Shown: one piece after another, positions 30,685-39,771 of the stretch
How the letters are laid out: each line of letters opens with the position of its first letter
Position numbering within the stretch: position 1 is the stretch's first letter
Assembly (NCBI GenBank): GCA_000993275.1
Contig: LBVV01000009.1
Location: 2,897-66,896, forward strand
Direction: 5' to 3'
Origin: a candidate division CPR2 bacterium GW2011_GWC2_39_10
GTDB lineage: Bacteria > Patescibacteriota > CPR2
Length of the DNA stretch: 64,000 bases
Notes under the pieces: model-generated
What the model saw: only the letters and a program-made list of their open reading frames with translations
Told to the model about the DNA's origin: nothing
Databases searched by the model: none
Made by a program: the position numbers and the translations under genes

Positions 30685-31367
30685 AGCTTGCCGGAATCCA
30701 ATTTCAATACTCTCTTAAAATTTATGATTTCGATCAGAACGACCTGGAAATTTCATTGGGTGATTTTGTTTTGGTAGAAACTATTCAGGGTCAGGAAATA
30801 GGAAGGGTGGTTTACTTAAATAAAAAGAAAAAAACGAGTGATGAAGATGCCAGGCCGATACTCCGAAAAGCAACTTTGGAAGACCGGGAAAAAATGAAAG
30901 AGTTAAAAGAGGAAGCTGCCACTTATTTGCCGGATTTCGAAAAACAAGTCAAGAGTTTTGGGCTTAAAATGAGACCGCTTGCCGCTGATATTTCTGTTGA
31001 TGAAAAGAGATTGACTTTTTATTTTATGGCAGAAAGCAGGATTGATTTTAGGGATATGGTAAGAGAATTGGCCAGGGAATATAAAAAGCAAATAAGACTC
31101 TTACAGGTTGGTGCCAGAGACGGAGCCCGAATTGTGGGCGGTTATGGCAGGTGCGGTTTAGTAGTCTGCTGTCAGAGATTCCTTACGGACTTAGAAAGCA
31201 TCACCATGGATATGGCGAGGAATCAGAATTTGGCGGCTAAATCAGGTTCTAAAATTTCCGGAATTTGCGGCAAACTAATGTGCTGTCTTGCATACGAAAC
31301 TGATGATAAAAATAAGATTGAGAAAGAGATGGAAAAAGAAATTGATGCTGCTCAAAGCCGAGACTAA
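30681..31367 (+). CDS. ricT: PSP1 C-terminal domain protein (RicT/YaaT-like)
   Basis: CCQRFL...ICGKLMCCLAYE cysteine motifs; holB-ricT adjacency is conserved. Confidence 0.75.
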   Translation: MKLAGIQFQYSLKIYDFDQNDLEISLGDFVLVETIQGQEIGRVVYLNKKKKTSDEDARPILRKATLEDREKMKELKEEAATYLPDFEKQVKSFGLKMRPLAADISVDEKRLTFYFMAESRIDFRDMVRELAREYKKQIRLLQVGARDGARIVGGYGRCGLVVCCQRFLTDLESITMDMARNQNLAAKSGSKISGICGKLMCCLAYETDDKNKIEKEMEKEIDAAQSRD

Positions 31368-31404
31368 ATAATTGTGCATCTAATTTCAGAATGGGTTTAA
31401 GTAT

Positions 31405-31429
31405 GTCATTCCGGACTTGATCCGGAATC
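31405..31429. repeat. GTCATTCC-family hairpin (ATTCCGGA-CTTGA-TCCGGAAT) after ricT; may act as a terminator
   Basis: Seen in the sequence and followed by a T-rich tract. Confidence 0.55.
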
Positions 31430-31445
31430 TATTATTTCTTTATTT

Positions 31446-31594
31446 CTATTTCCACTTTTGGCAGCAAAAGTGGAGCAAAACTGCCGACACGCTACAAAAT
31501 CGGATTAGCACATAAGGCTCATTCACTCTCAAAAAGTCGAACTCGTCATCTTCTCTTCGCCAAGTGCATCTCGATTTTTCCGCTACAGTCGGAG
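31446..31594. repeat. Repeat family B, copy 2
   Basis: Aligns with 25283-25415. Confidence 0.85.
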
Positions 31595-31643
31595 AAGAAT
31601 TATAGATATTGATATCGCAAATAGTATGGACTATTATTAATTT

Positions 31644-31880
31644 ATGTTTGGTGCATGTTTTGTAACTGATTACGGATATTATATGCTTGCCGGATTTATT
31701 ATTGCAGGTTTATTATCCGGGTACATTTCATTTTTATTAATTAGAAAACTAATCAAGACAAAGAAAGACTCTTTACTGATACCAATAATATTATTAGGAA
31801 TAGTTTTTCTTATTTCGGCCATTTTTATTTTGAATTTTAAACAACTTGCATGGATGTCGACATGTATTGCCTCAGTTTAA
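31644..31880 (+). CDS. Small hypothetical membrane protein
   Basis: Two TM helices; weak support. Confidence 0.35.
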   Translation: MFGACFVTDYGYYMLAGFIIAGLLSGYISFLLIRKLIKTKKDSLLIPIILLGIVFLISAIFILNFKQLAWMSTCIASV

Positions 31881-32019
31881 TACAAATAATAATAACAAAT
31901 AATTGACTATAAGGCATAATTTAGATATAATAGTACAGAATTTCGGCCTCTTTTTTTGTTTTTAAAAATGTGTCAATTGAGTTTTAATGGTAGGGGGCTG
32001 GTTGCATGGATAAAAAAAT

Positions 32020-32100
32020 GCCGATGTAGCGTTAGTGGCAGAGTCCGGCAACTGACGGATAAACAGTAGGTTGACCGTAAGGCTAGGTAAGTGAGCAGGA
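32020..32100 (+). pseudogene. tRNA-like fragment. It duplicates the 5' acceptor/D region and an anticodon-stem piece of the downstream tRNA-Thr but has no T-arm.
   Basis: GCCGATGTAGC and AAACAGTAGGTTG are shared with 32107-32180; no GGTTCGAATCC follows. Confidence 0.45.
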
Positions 32101-32106
32101 AAAATG

Positions 32107-32180
32107 CCGATGTAGCTCAATGGCAGAGCAACTGTTTTGTAAACAGTAGGTTGTGGGTTCGAATCCCTCCATCGGCTCCA
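32107..32180 (+). tRNA. tRNA-Thr (anticodon TGT), CCA encoded
   Basis: Cloverleaf drawn by hand: acceptor GCCGATG/CATCGGC, D-arm GCTC..GAGC, anticodon stem ACTGT/ACAGT with loop TTTGTAA, T-loop TTCGAAT. Confidence 0.8.
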
Positions 32181-32190
32181 TAAAAGTTAT

Positions 32191-32262
32191 CAGGAATCAG
32201 TAACCAGGAAACATTAATAGGGATAGAAGATTGTTTACTGATTACTGTTTCCTGATTCCTGA
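32191..32262. other. Large imperfect inverted repeat between two tRNAs (CAGGAATCAG..CAGGAAACA / TGTTTCCTGATTCCTG)
   Basis: Seen in the sequence. Confidence 0.5.
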
Positions 32263-32265
32263 CAC

Positions 32266-32351
32266 GGGCAGGTACCCAAGTGGCCAACGGGGGCAGACTG
32301 TAAATCTGCTGGCATTCGCCTTCGAAGGTTCGAATCCTTCCCTGCCCACCA
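32266..32351 (+). tRNA. tRNA-Tyr (anticodon GTA) with a long variable arm, CCA encoded
   Basis: Acceptor GGGCAGG/CCTGCCC, anticodon loop CTGTAAA, T-arm GAAGGTTCGAATCCTTC. Confidence 0.8.
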
Positions 32352-32444
32352 ATAACAATAAACAATTAACAAGGAACAAAAAACAAAAGCACAGTTTTAC
32401 GGATAAAATGTTTTTTGTTGATTGCACTTTGTTTTTTGGCTCGG

Positions 32445-32520
32445 GCCCAGATAGCTCAGTTGGCAGAGCGCATCCATGGTAAGGATGAGGTCACGGGTTC
32501 GAATCCCGTTCTGGGCTCCA
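32445..32520 (+). tRNA. tRNA-Thr (anticodon GGT), CCA encoded
   Basis: Acceptor GCCCAGA/TCTGGGC, anticodon stem CATCC/GGATG with loop ATGGTAA, T-arm ACGGGTTCGAATCCCGT. Confidence 0.78.
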
Positions 32521-32617
32521 GATAACTTGCTAAGTTTTCAAACAATGTTACCTCAATAATTTGCCCTAGTAACTTGCAAACTTACCAATTAATAAACTAG
32601 AATAAAAGGAGAAATAA

Positions 32618-32782
32618 ATGGCAAAGAAAGAAAATCGGCCGGTAATTGCACTTGCTTGCGGTGAATGTAAAAACAGGAACTATTCAACTACAAAAAATAA
32701 GAAGAATACGACTGACAGGATAGAATTAAGCAAATTTTGTCCTTTTTGCCGAAAAACCACAGCTCACAAAGAAACGAAATAA
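32618..32782 (+). CDS. rpmG: 50S ribosomal protein L33 (54 aa). It is absent from the ORF track because it is shorter than 60 aa.
   Basis: Translation [29 protein letters not shown]...[15 protein letters not shown], a Cys4 zinc ribbon; RBS AAAGGAG. Confidence 0.88.
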   Translation: MAKKENRPVIALACGECKNRNYSTTKNKKNTTDRIELSKFCPFCRKTTAHKETK

Positions 32783-32870
32783 AACTTTATATAGTTCGAT
32801 ATTTGACAAGTAAATGTTGATATTTTAGAATGGTTATGGGTGTAAATATAACTGTTGATTATTATTCAAA

Positions 32871-33533
32871 ATGAAAACTAATCTTAAATCAAAAGCCATA
32901 TCTTTGCGTAAGCAAGGCTTCTCTTTGAAAGAAATAAGTGAAGATTTAGGTATAGCAAAAAGTACGGCATCCTTGTGGTTAAGGGATACTGTTTTAAGCG
33001 CAAATGCTATAAAAAGGATTGAAAGTAGAATAACTAAAGGACAAATAAAAGCGGCTGAAATAAAGAGAGAAAAAACAAGAAAATTGTTAAATGAATTTCA
33101 AGCAAAAAGCGATGTGTTAGTTGGGCGAACTATATTAAATATTGATATGATAAAGATAATATGTTCATTGATTTATTGGTGTGAGGGGGGTAAATATAGC
33201 GATAATTTCGTACAATTTACCAATTCAGATCCCAGTCTTATGGGTACATTTCTGCAATTACTTAGGCAGGTATTTATGGTAGATGAAAAAAAATTTAGGG
33301 TTTGTATGCATCTTCATGACTATCATAATGAAAAAAAGCAAAGACAATTTTGGTCTATGGTAACAGAAGTTCCCGAGAGCCAGTTTATAAAGTCATACAA
33401 TAAGCCAAATACGGGAAAGAGAATTAGAAAAGGTTATCAAGGATGTGTGCAGTTGAGGTATTATGATGCGGTAGTATCGAGAGAATTATTAGCAATAGCT
33501 AAATCTTTCATGAATAAACTTGAAAACAAATAA
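32871..33533 (+). CDS. HTH DNA-binding protein with a possible degenerate LAGLIDADG homing-endonuclease-like core
   Basis: N-terminal HTH (SLKEISEDLGIAKSTASLWLRD). The segment LIYWCEGGKYSDNFVQFTNSDPSLMGTFLQLL resembles a LAGLIDADG helix plus following strand. The catalytic acidic position is not conserved. Confidence 0.4.
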   Translation: MKTNLKSKAISLRKQGFSLKEISEDLGIAKSTASLWLRDTVLSANAIKRIESRITKGQIKAAEIKREKTRKLLNEFQAKSDVLVGRTILNIDMIKIICSLIYWCEGGKYSDNFVQFTNSDPSLMGTFLQLLRQVFMVDEKKFRVCMHLHDYHNEKKQRQFWSMVTEVPESQFIKSYNKPNTGKRIRKGYQGCVQLRYYDAVVSRELLAIAKSFMNKLENK

Positions 33534-33534
33534 A

Positions 33535-33610
33535 GGGGCGTTCGTTAATTGGATAAACGGCTACTCTCCAAAAGTAGTCCTGCCGGTTCGAGTCCGGCCG
33601 CCCCTGCCAA
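33535..33610 (+). tRNA. tRNA-Trp (anticodon CCA), CCA encoded
   Basis: Acceptor AGGGGCG/CGCCCCT, D-arm CGTT..AACG, anticodon loop CTCCAAA, T-arm GCCGGTTCGAGTCCGGC. Confidence 0.78.
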
Positions 33611-34041
33611 AAGAATAAATTCACGATTAGCCGATAGCTTATGGCTAGTTATATAAAGAGAAGAAATAAATTTACTGATTGCCAATGACTTGTGGTCATA
33701 AATAAGAAAGCCAAAGAAAGATTTTTAGCTTCGCGCTTGACTAAACTGGACTTACGCAAAATGGCACATCTATCCAAGCCGAAAACAAGTGAGATAAAAT
33801 CTCTTTTCTCTACTGGAAGCGTATTTGTAGATACGCTGACAGGAGAAAAAGGGATTTTAGCCACTTGGGGTGGTTTGGGAGGTGTGGTAGGTTTGCGTAA
33901 GTTCAGTAAAGCCATTTTAGAGTTATTATTTATACCAAGGGGAATAAATATTATGATAAGAATAATTAAAAAATTGGTCGGAGAAAAGCTTAAGGAATAT
34001 TTTTTTGTGTAATAACATTTAATTATTGCCTAATGCATTTT

Positions 34042-34064
34042 CCGGCCGATAAGCCGGTTTTTTT
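34042..34064 (+). terminator. Rho-independent terminator (CCGGC-CGATAA-GCCGG then T7)
   Basis: It closes a ~450-bp ORF-poor segment after tRNA-Trp. Confidence 0.7.
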
Positions 34065-34092
34065 ATGAAAAATTTAAAGAAATACATTTTTA

Positions 34093-34866
34093 ATGCAAAG
34101 ACTTATGTTAATGGATGCTTTCGAATACAGAGCTTCTTATTGGTTTTGGGTATTTATTCAGACCTTGCCAATTATTGGCATTTATTTCTTGTGGAGTGCC
34201 ATTATTCCTGCCGGCGGTTCCTTAAAGGGCTATAATTACCAGGCAATTTTGACTTATTATATTGGCGTTACTATAGCGGTAAGAATAATTCAGTCCACCC
34301 CCGAATGGGACTTAAATTGGAGCATAAACGAAGGATATTTTACATATTATTTATATAGACCAATTAGTCCGTATTTAGAGATGCTATCGGTACGTATCGC
34401 CATGAAAATTTTTAATTTGATGTTATTTATTCCGGCGATATCGCTTATCATTTATTTGCTGGGTTCTAATATTGCCTTGCCCTCGCTGGCTAACCTTCTT
34501 TTATTTTTTGGTTTCTGTTTGATCAGTTTTGTCATAATGTTTACAATTTCTTTTACAGTTGGGCTTATTGCTTTTTGGTGGGAAAATGCGGCGGCCATAT
34601 TTTATTTTAAGAACGCCATTGTTGCCTTATTATCAGGCTATACTATTCCTTTCGAATTTTTTCCGGCAAAATTTCAAAATTTTTTAAACATCTTGCCCTT
34701 TAAATATGTTGCTTATTTTCCGGCAAAAATATTTCAAGGACAGCTTTCTTTAGGCGAGATTGGTAAAGGAGCTTTGCTAGCCTTGCTCTGGATGTTAATT
34801 TTACTGACAATCATGCGTTTTATCTATCTTAAAGGCTTAAGAAGGTATTCGGCGGTGGGAGGATAA
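34093..34866 (+). CDS. ABC-2 family transporter permease
   Basis: Six-TM ABC-2 topology; lies in an operon with a second permease and an ABC ATPase. Confidence 0.7.
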   Translation: MQRLMLMDAFEYRASYWFWVFIQTLPIIGIYFLWSAIIPAGGSLKGYNYQAILTYYIGVTIAVRIIQSTPEWDLNWSINEGYFTYYLYRPISPYLEMLSVRIAMKIFNLMLFIPAISLIIYLLGSNIALPSLANLLLFFGFCLISFVIMFTISFTVGLIAFWWENAAAIFYFKNAIVALLSGYTIPFEFFPAKFQNFLNILPFKYVAYFPAKIFQGQLSLGEIGKGALLALLWMLILLTIMRFIYLKGLRRYSAVGG

Positions 34867-34867
34867 A

Positions 34868-35656
34868 ATGAAAAGACATTTAAAATTAATTTTGTTATTT
34901 ATGAAGCTTTCCTTGATGAAGGAAATGATCTATAAAAAAACCTTTGTTTGGTCTTTTATTACCATAACGGCTTGGTGGCTCGTGCAGCTTACCATGGTTA
35001 ATTTAATATATTATAACGTGAAGGCGATTGCAGGTTGGAATTTTGGCGAGATGCTGGTGCTGCTTGGTACTTTTAATATTGTTGATTCATTGATTTTTGC
35101 TTTTTTCGTTAATAATATGGGCAAAATTGCTGATTATATTAGAAAGGGCGACTTAGACTTCTTCTTGATAAAACCTATTAGCAGTCAATTTTATGTAACT
35201 TTTAAGCTTTTTAGCTTTAACGAATTATATGAAGTTTTTCTGGGTATGTTCCTTGTATTTTTTGGTTTAGGAAAAATTAGTTATAATATCCCTCTAATAA
35301 ATTGGTCAGTTTTTATAATTATGATTTTTTCGGCCATTGCTATTTCTTATGCGTTATGGCTTATTACTTCCTGTTTCGCTTTTATTTCGCCTCGTATCAG
35401 CGAAATTCATGAGGCATTCATTTCGATTTCCCAGTTTTCGAAATATCCGGTTGGAATATATAACAAATTTTTTAACCGGTTGCTTGTTTGGTTTTTCCCA
35501 GTTCTATTTATGGCCGCCATACCTGCTGGAGTGTTGCTAGGCAAATATAGTTTTATTTATGCCGCTTTTTCCATTATTCTAGCCGTTATGTTCATTCTTA
35601 TTTCGACAAAAATTTGGAATTTTTCTTTAAAATATTATCAGAGTGCATCTAGTTAA
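34868..35656 (+). CDS. ABC-2 family transporter permease (second subunit)
   Basis: Paralogous topology to the first permease; adjacent to it. Confidence 0.7.
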   Translation: MKRHLKLILLFMKLSLMKEMIYKKTFVWSFITITAWWLVQLTMVNLIYYNVKAIAGWNFGEMLVLLGTFNIVDSLIFAFFVNNMGKIADYIRKGDLDFFLIKPISSQFYVTFKLFSFNELYEVFLGMFLVFFGLGKISYNIPLINWSVFIIMIFSAIAISYALWLITSCFAFISPRISEIHEAFISISQFSKYPVGIYNKFFNRLLVWFFPVLFMAAIPAGVLLGKYSFIYAAFSIILAVMFILISTKIWNFSLKYYQSASS

Positions 35657-35665
35657 AGGAGTTTT

Positions 35666-36642
35666 ATGGCAATTATAGAAGTGAAAAATTTAGTAAAAAA
35701 TTTTCCTTATCACGAAAAAAGGCGGGTCTTAAAGATTCGGTTAAGAATTTATTTGTTAGGGAAAGACTAATCAAAGAAGCGGTTAACGGTATTTCTTTTG
35801 AGATTGACGAAGGAGAGATGGTGGGTTTTATTGGTCCAAACGGTGCCGGCAAAACAACCACTTTAAAGATACTTTCCGGAATTATGTATCCGACGTCCGG
35901 CAAAGTTAGGGTAGATGGATTTATCCCATGGGAAAGAAAAAAAGAATATCAGAGGCAGATATCAATTGTAATGGGACAGAAAGCTCAGCTTTGGTGGGAT
36001 TTGCCGCCGATGGATTCCTTTATTCTAATTAAAGAAATTTATCAGATACCCAAAAAACAGTTTGAAGAAAAGGTAGGCGCTCTAATTGATCTATTAGATA
36101 TTAAAGAGCAACTCGCAACTCAGGTTAGAAAATTATCCTTAGGTCAAAGAATGAAATGTGAAATAATTGCGGCCTTGCTTTATGGTCCAAGAATTTTATA
36201 TCTGGACGAACCAACTATCGGAGTTGATCTTGTAACTCAGGAAAAAATCAGAAATTTCTTAAAAGATCATAACGATAGGGAAAAAACTACCATCATTTTA
36301 ACTTCTCATTATATGCAGGACATAGAAAGAGTTTGCGACAGGGTAATATTTATCGATCGCGGTAAAATAATTTTTGATGGCCAAATTTCTACTTTGTATG
36401 ATAAATATGCCAAAGAAAAAAATTTAGAACTTTTGTTTAAGAAGCAAGTTGCCGCGAAAGACCTCGAAGTTTATGGCCAACTTACAAAATTGGAAGGCAA
36501 AAAAGCCATAATTAAGGTTGAAAGAAATAAAAGCCCCGAGATAGCCGGCAAAATTTTAAGTAAGTTACCGGTAGAAGATATTTTAATAACGGAACCGGAT
36601 TTAGAAGAAATTATCCAGAGATTTTACGGCACTTCTTCTTGA
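35666..36642 (+). pseudogene. ABC transporter ATP-binding protein, apparently frameshifted in an A6 homopolymer (~35713-35720)
   Basis: The ATG at 35666 plus a good N-terminus (MAIIEVKNLVKNFPYHEK) hits a stop 33 codons in. The +2 frame continues as ..KKAGLKDSVKNLFVRERLIKEAVNGISFEIDEGEMVGFIGPNGAGKTT (Walker A), then the Q-loop, LSLGQR signature and Walker B. Confidence 0.7.
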
Positions 36643-36673
36643 ATGGTTTGCTGATTAGTCTTATGCTTAATAT

Positions 36674-37159
36674 ATGAAAAAAATATTTCCGATATTTTTA
36701 GTGAGTTTAGGTGCTGTTTTTTTGTTTTTTCATTGGCAAGATCAAAAAAACATGACCTTAAAAGTCATCAATAATTACCCTTACTATGAAAAAACTGCAT
36801 TTGATATGGCCAGGTTAAATTATGAGGATCATTTTTTAAAGTTAAAAAAGATTGTTATCTCTTTTGGAGGTCCGGGCGATCCCATAGCATATTATGTATA
36901 TAGCTCCAAATATTCGCCAAAAGCTTATATAGCGGTGCATTTAAAAAACGGCAATCAGGCCGTACCCGAAGAAAAAATTAAGAATTATATTGAACAAAAT
37001 GTTTTAAAAGGAGATGATTTATCAAGTGCGGATTTTGTTGAATTTACAAAAAACAACCTAGGAAAAAAAACTTATCTAACGGAAATTGAGAAACAAAATT
37101 CTCAAATAAAATTTAAGGCTTGCAATATAGGCAAAAATGGTAGTATCATATGCGCATAA
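36674..37159 (+). CDS. Hypothetical secreted protein
   Basis: Signal-peptide-like N-terminus; no family recognised. Confidence 0.45.
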   Translation: MKKIFPIFLVSLGAVFLFFHWQDQKNMTLKVINNYPYYEKTAFDMARLNYEDHFLKLKKIVISFGGPGDPIAYYVYSSKYSPKAYIAVHLKNGNQAVPEEKIKNYIEQNVLKGDDLSSADFVEFTKNNLGKKTYLTEIEKQNSQIKFKACNIGKNGSIICA

Positions 37160-37262
37160 AGTCTATTTTGAATTGACAATTGTGGATAAAGTACCTATAG
37201 TACATTTAGGTTAATATCGGCTTCTAATTTTAGAATGCGAAAGTATAAAAGAGGAGTATTAA

Positions 37263-38201
37263 ATGAGAAAAAAGGTTTTCAAGCTTGTGGTTGGGATTTT
37301 TGCATTAGCGGCAATACTGGCAATGCCCAAACACATTTATGCGGAGGGTGATACGGGGGGAGCGCGTGGAATAACCATAGTCCCTTTAAATTTCGAGTTG
37401 TTTGCTAATCCGGGAGAAAGTATTACCGACAAGGTTAGAGTTACCAACACATCCGATGTCGAAGGTAGTTATCAAATTCTAATCCAAGATTTTGCGGCTA
37501 CGGGCGAAGAAGGCAATGTATCTTTATTTGAGGATGATCAAACTAACCACAGCTTTTCTTTGGCTAAGTGGATTCAGCCGGAGCCCAAAAATTTTACCCT
37601 GAAAGCAAAAGAAGAGAAAACCATATATTTTACTATAAATGTACCCAAAGATGCTGAACCGGGCGGCCACTATGCATCTGTTTTGGTTAATATGGGCGGT
37701 GATGTAAAGCCAAGCGGCGGTGCGTCAGTTGCTTCCAGAATTGGATCTCTCATTCTTCTAAGAGTTTCCGGCAATATCAGAGAAGAAGCTAATATAGAGT
37801 CCTTTACCGCACCGAGTTATTCCGAAAAGAGTCCAATCGAATTTGATTTAAGAGTAAAAAATACCGGCAATAATCACATCAGACCAAAAGGCACCATTGT
37901 TATCACAAATATTTTAGGCCAAAAAGTTACCGAAGTTCCCTTGGACGGTTTAAATGTTTTGCCGAATGCTATTAGAAAAATACCAACCACTTGGAAACCG
38001 AATCAAATGTTGGCAGGACGTTACACGGCAACTCTGGTAGCTAACTATGGTTCATCAAACAAGCAATTAACATCGACAGTATCATTTATAGTTTTTCCTA
38101 AATGGCTTGCATTAGTTGTTGGTACAGGTATTATTTTGCTTGCTGTTGTTATATCAAACAAGAAAGCAGTTAAAAAATTACTGCATAAGTTAACTAAATA
38201 A
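37263..38201 (+). CDS. Cell-surface protein, DUF916/DUF3324-like architecture (signal peptide, Ig-like core, C-terminal TM with a basic tail). Paralog of 56191-57129.
   Basis: It aligns with 56191-57129 along the whole length (e.g. FELF.NPGE...V.NTS.VEGS, AEPGG.YAS..VNMGG, AGRYTATLVA.YG). Confidence 0.55.
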   Translation: MRKKVFKLVVGIFALAAILAMPKHIYAEGDTGGARGITIVPLNFELFANPGESITDKVRVTNTSDVEGSYQILIQDFAATGEEGNVSLFEDDQTNHSFSLAKWIQPEPKNFTLKAKEEKTIYFTINVPKDAEPGGHYASVLVNMGGDVKPSGGASVASRIGSLILLRVSGNIREEANIESFTAPSYSEKSPIEFDLRVKNTGNNHIRPKGTIVITNILGQKVTEVPLDGLNVLPNAIRKIPTTWKPNQMLAGRYTATLVANYGSSNKQLTSTVSFIVFPKWLALVVGTGIILLAVVISNKKAVKKLLHKLTK

Positions 38202-38262
38202 TAACTTACTTGAGCTTTTGTTAACAAAGCTCTTAGGGGGTGGCAAGAGTTTGGGTTTGGGT

Positions 38263-39498
38263 ATGAGAAAACTTACAAAGAATATAATAGTTGGTGTCAC
38301 CCTGTTTATTGCCTTCTTTGTCTTTTCGGCTGACAAGGCAAGCGCTGCGGTTCAGGGGCTAAATTTCCCAAGAGATACAATTAACACGGGTAATCCCGAA
38401 GCATACGCCCAGCATTTAATTAAATTCGGACTGCCTTTAGAATCTCTACAGGTAAGTGCCGGCGACTATATTTTAATAGATTTTCCATTTTATTCATCGC
38501 TGACCGAGCCAACTTTTTTGAGTGGTTCTTTTACGGGGAATCCGGTTTTTAGCGTGATTGATAAGAGAATTAGAATTACCGGCATAGAACTGTTGCCGGG
38601 TAAAACGTTGCAAATTAATGGTATTAATGCCTATAATCCGGCCAATAGGGACGAATATGACGTTTATATTCGTATTTCTTCTGATCCGGACGGAATAGTT
38701 ACTAGAAATATGGCCCAGATCATAGCCACGCCGACCGATAATTCGGTCTCAGTTTCAGCCACAATAATGGCCAATGTTGGAACTCTAAAAGTAACAGGCT
38801 ATGCCGCTCCGGGACTTTTTTTGACATTTTCGGAAAACGGTACCATTATCGGCACCACTACCGGCACGCCCACCGGAACATTTTCTCAAATCTTTCCCGG
38901 CATTAATCCGGTTCAGCACACCATTATTATATTTGGTACGGATTCCGTAAATAGAACCACATCTCCCGTGACGATAGAGGCATTCACCAGGGTTAGGGAA
39001 TTGACCATAGTATCCGGCGTATTAATGCCGCCAACCATGTCTATTGATAAAGATCAAATTACTCAAGGGGAGTCCTTAACTATCTCAGGGATGGGCGTAC
39101 CTGGTCACATGATTATTATTTATACTCAACCGGCTCCCGATGAAAGCTATCAGACTGCGCCGGAATTGGATGGGGCTTGGTCTCATACTATTACCGATAC
39201 ATCCAGTTTCGAGATTGGCGTTCATTCGGTTTGGGCGATTGATCAAGATATTTTTGGAGGGCAAAGCTTGTATAGCCGTACTTTGGATTTTAGAGTGACG
39301 CAGGCCTTGCCACCAAACCCCGGTCCTCCTTGCGATATAGAAAAAGGCGATTTATCCTGTGACTTGCTTGTTAATATCGTAGATTTTTCGATTCTTTTAT
39401 ATTATTGGGGCACCAATAACGGTGTTGCCGATATCAATGCTGATGGCAGCGTCAATCTCATCGATTTCTCTGTCATGATGTTCTATTGGCAAGGATAA
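38263..39498 (+). CDS. Secreted protein with a C-terminal dockerin-like module
   Basis: Signal peptide ending ASA-AVQG. The C-terminus has two calcium-binding-loop repeats: GDLSCDLLVNIVDFSILLYYW and DINADGSVNLIDFSVMMFYW (D1 N3 D5 G6 N9 D12 pattern). The ATG at 38263 is preferred over the tool's 38218. Confidence 0.6.
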   Translation: MRKLTKNIIVGVTLFIAFFVFSADKASAAVQGLNFPRDTINTGNPEAYAQHLIKFGLPLESLQVSAGDYILIDFPFYSSLTEPTFLSGSFTGNPVFSVIDKRIRITGIELLPGKTLQINGINAYNPANRDEYDVYIRISSDPDGIVTRNMAQIIATPTDNSVSVSATIMANVGTLKVTGYAAPGLFLTFSENGTIIGTTTGTPTGTFSQIFPGINPVQHTIIIFGTDSVNRTTSPVTIEAFTRVRELTIVSGVLMPPTMSIDKDQITQGESLTISGMGVPGHMIIIYTQPAPDESYQTAPELDGAWSHTITDTSSFEIGVHSVWAIDQDIFGGQSLYSRTLDFRVTQALPPNPGPPCDIEKGDLSCDLLVNIVDFSILLYYWGTNNGVADINADGSVNLIDFSVMMFYWQG

Positions 39499-39693
39499 AG
39501 ACCGCTAACGCGGAATATCAAATTAAAAATGTCAAATGTCTAATGAAATTCTAATGATTAAATTCCGAAAATTAAGATTTAAGATTTTGACATTCATTTG
39601 TAATTGACATTTGACATTAAGATCTTCATATCTTCCAAATTTCACAAATTCGTTATGTCATTCCAAACTCGACTACAGAATCTAGGAAGAATG

Positions 39694-39771
39694 GATTCCT
39701 GGTCAAGCCTGCCTCGCTTTGCTCATCAAGGCGGGCCAGGAATGACAAGTTGGGATTGTGAGCAGTTACAG
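39694..39771. repeat. Composite repeat end: a GTCATTCC-family hairpin (..CCAGGAATGACAAG) followed by the reverse-complement GATTGTGAGCAGTTACAG motif. The architecture matches 22394-22452.
   Basis: The GAATGACAAG, short spacer, GATTGTGAGCAGTTACAG order is shared with the MITE's right end. Confidence 0.6.

Noticed and set aside
32020-32100. Intron-containing tRNA upstream of tRNA-Thr
   Set aside because: No T-arm (GGTTCGAATCC-like) and no 3' acceptor strand complementary to GCCGATG can be found, so it is treated as a pseudo-tRNA fragment.
33649-34012. Overlapping ORFs of 88 aa (minus) and 106 aa (plus) after tRNA-Trp
   Set aside because: They are mutually exclusive with no RBS or domain signal. 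The region is more plausibly non-coding and is flagged as a possible ncRNA locus instead.
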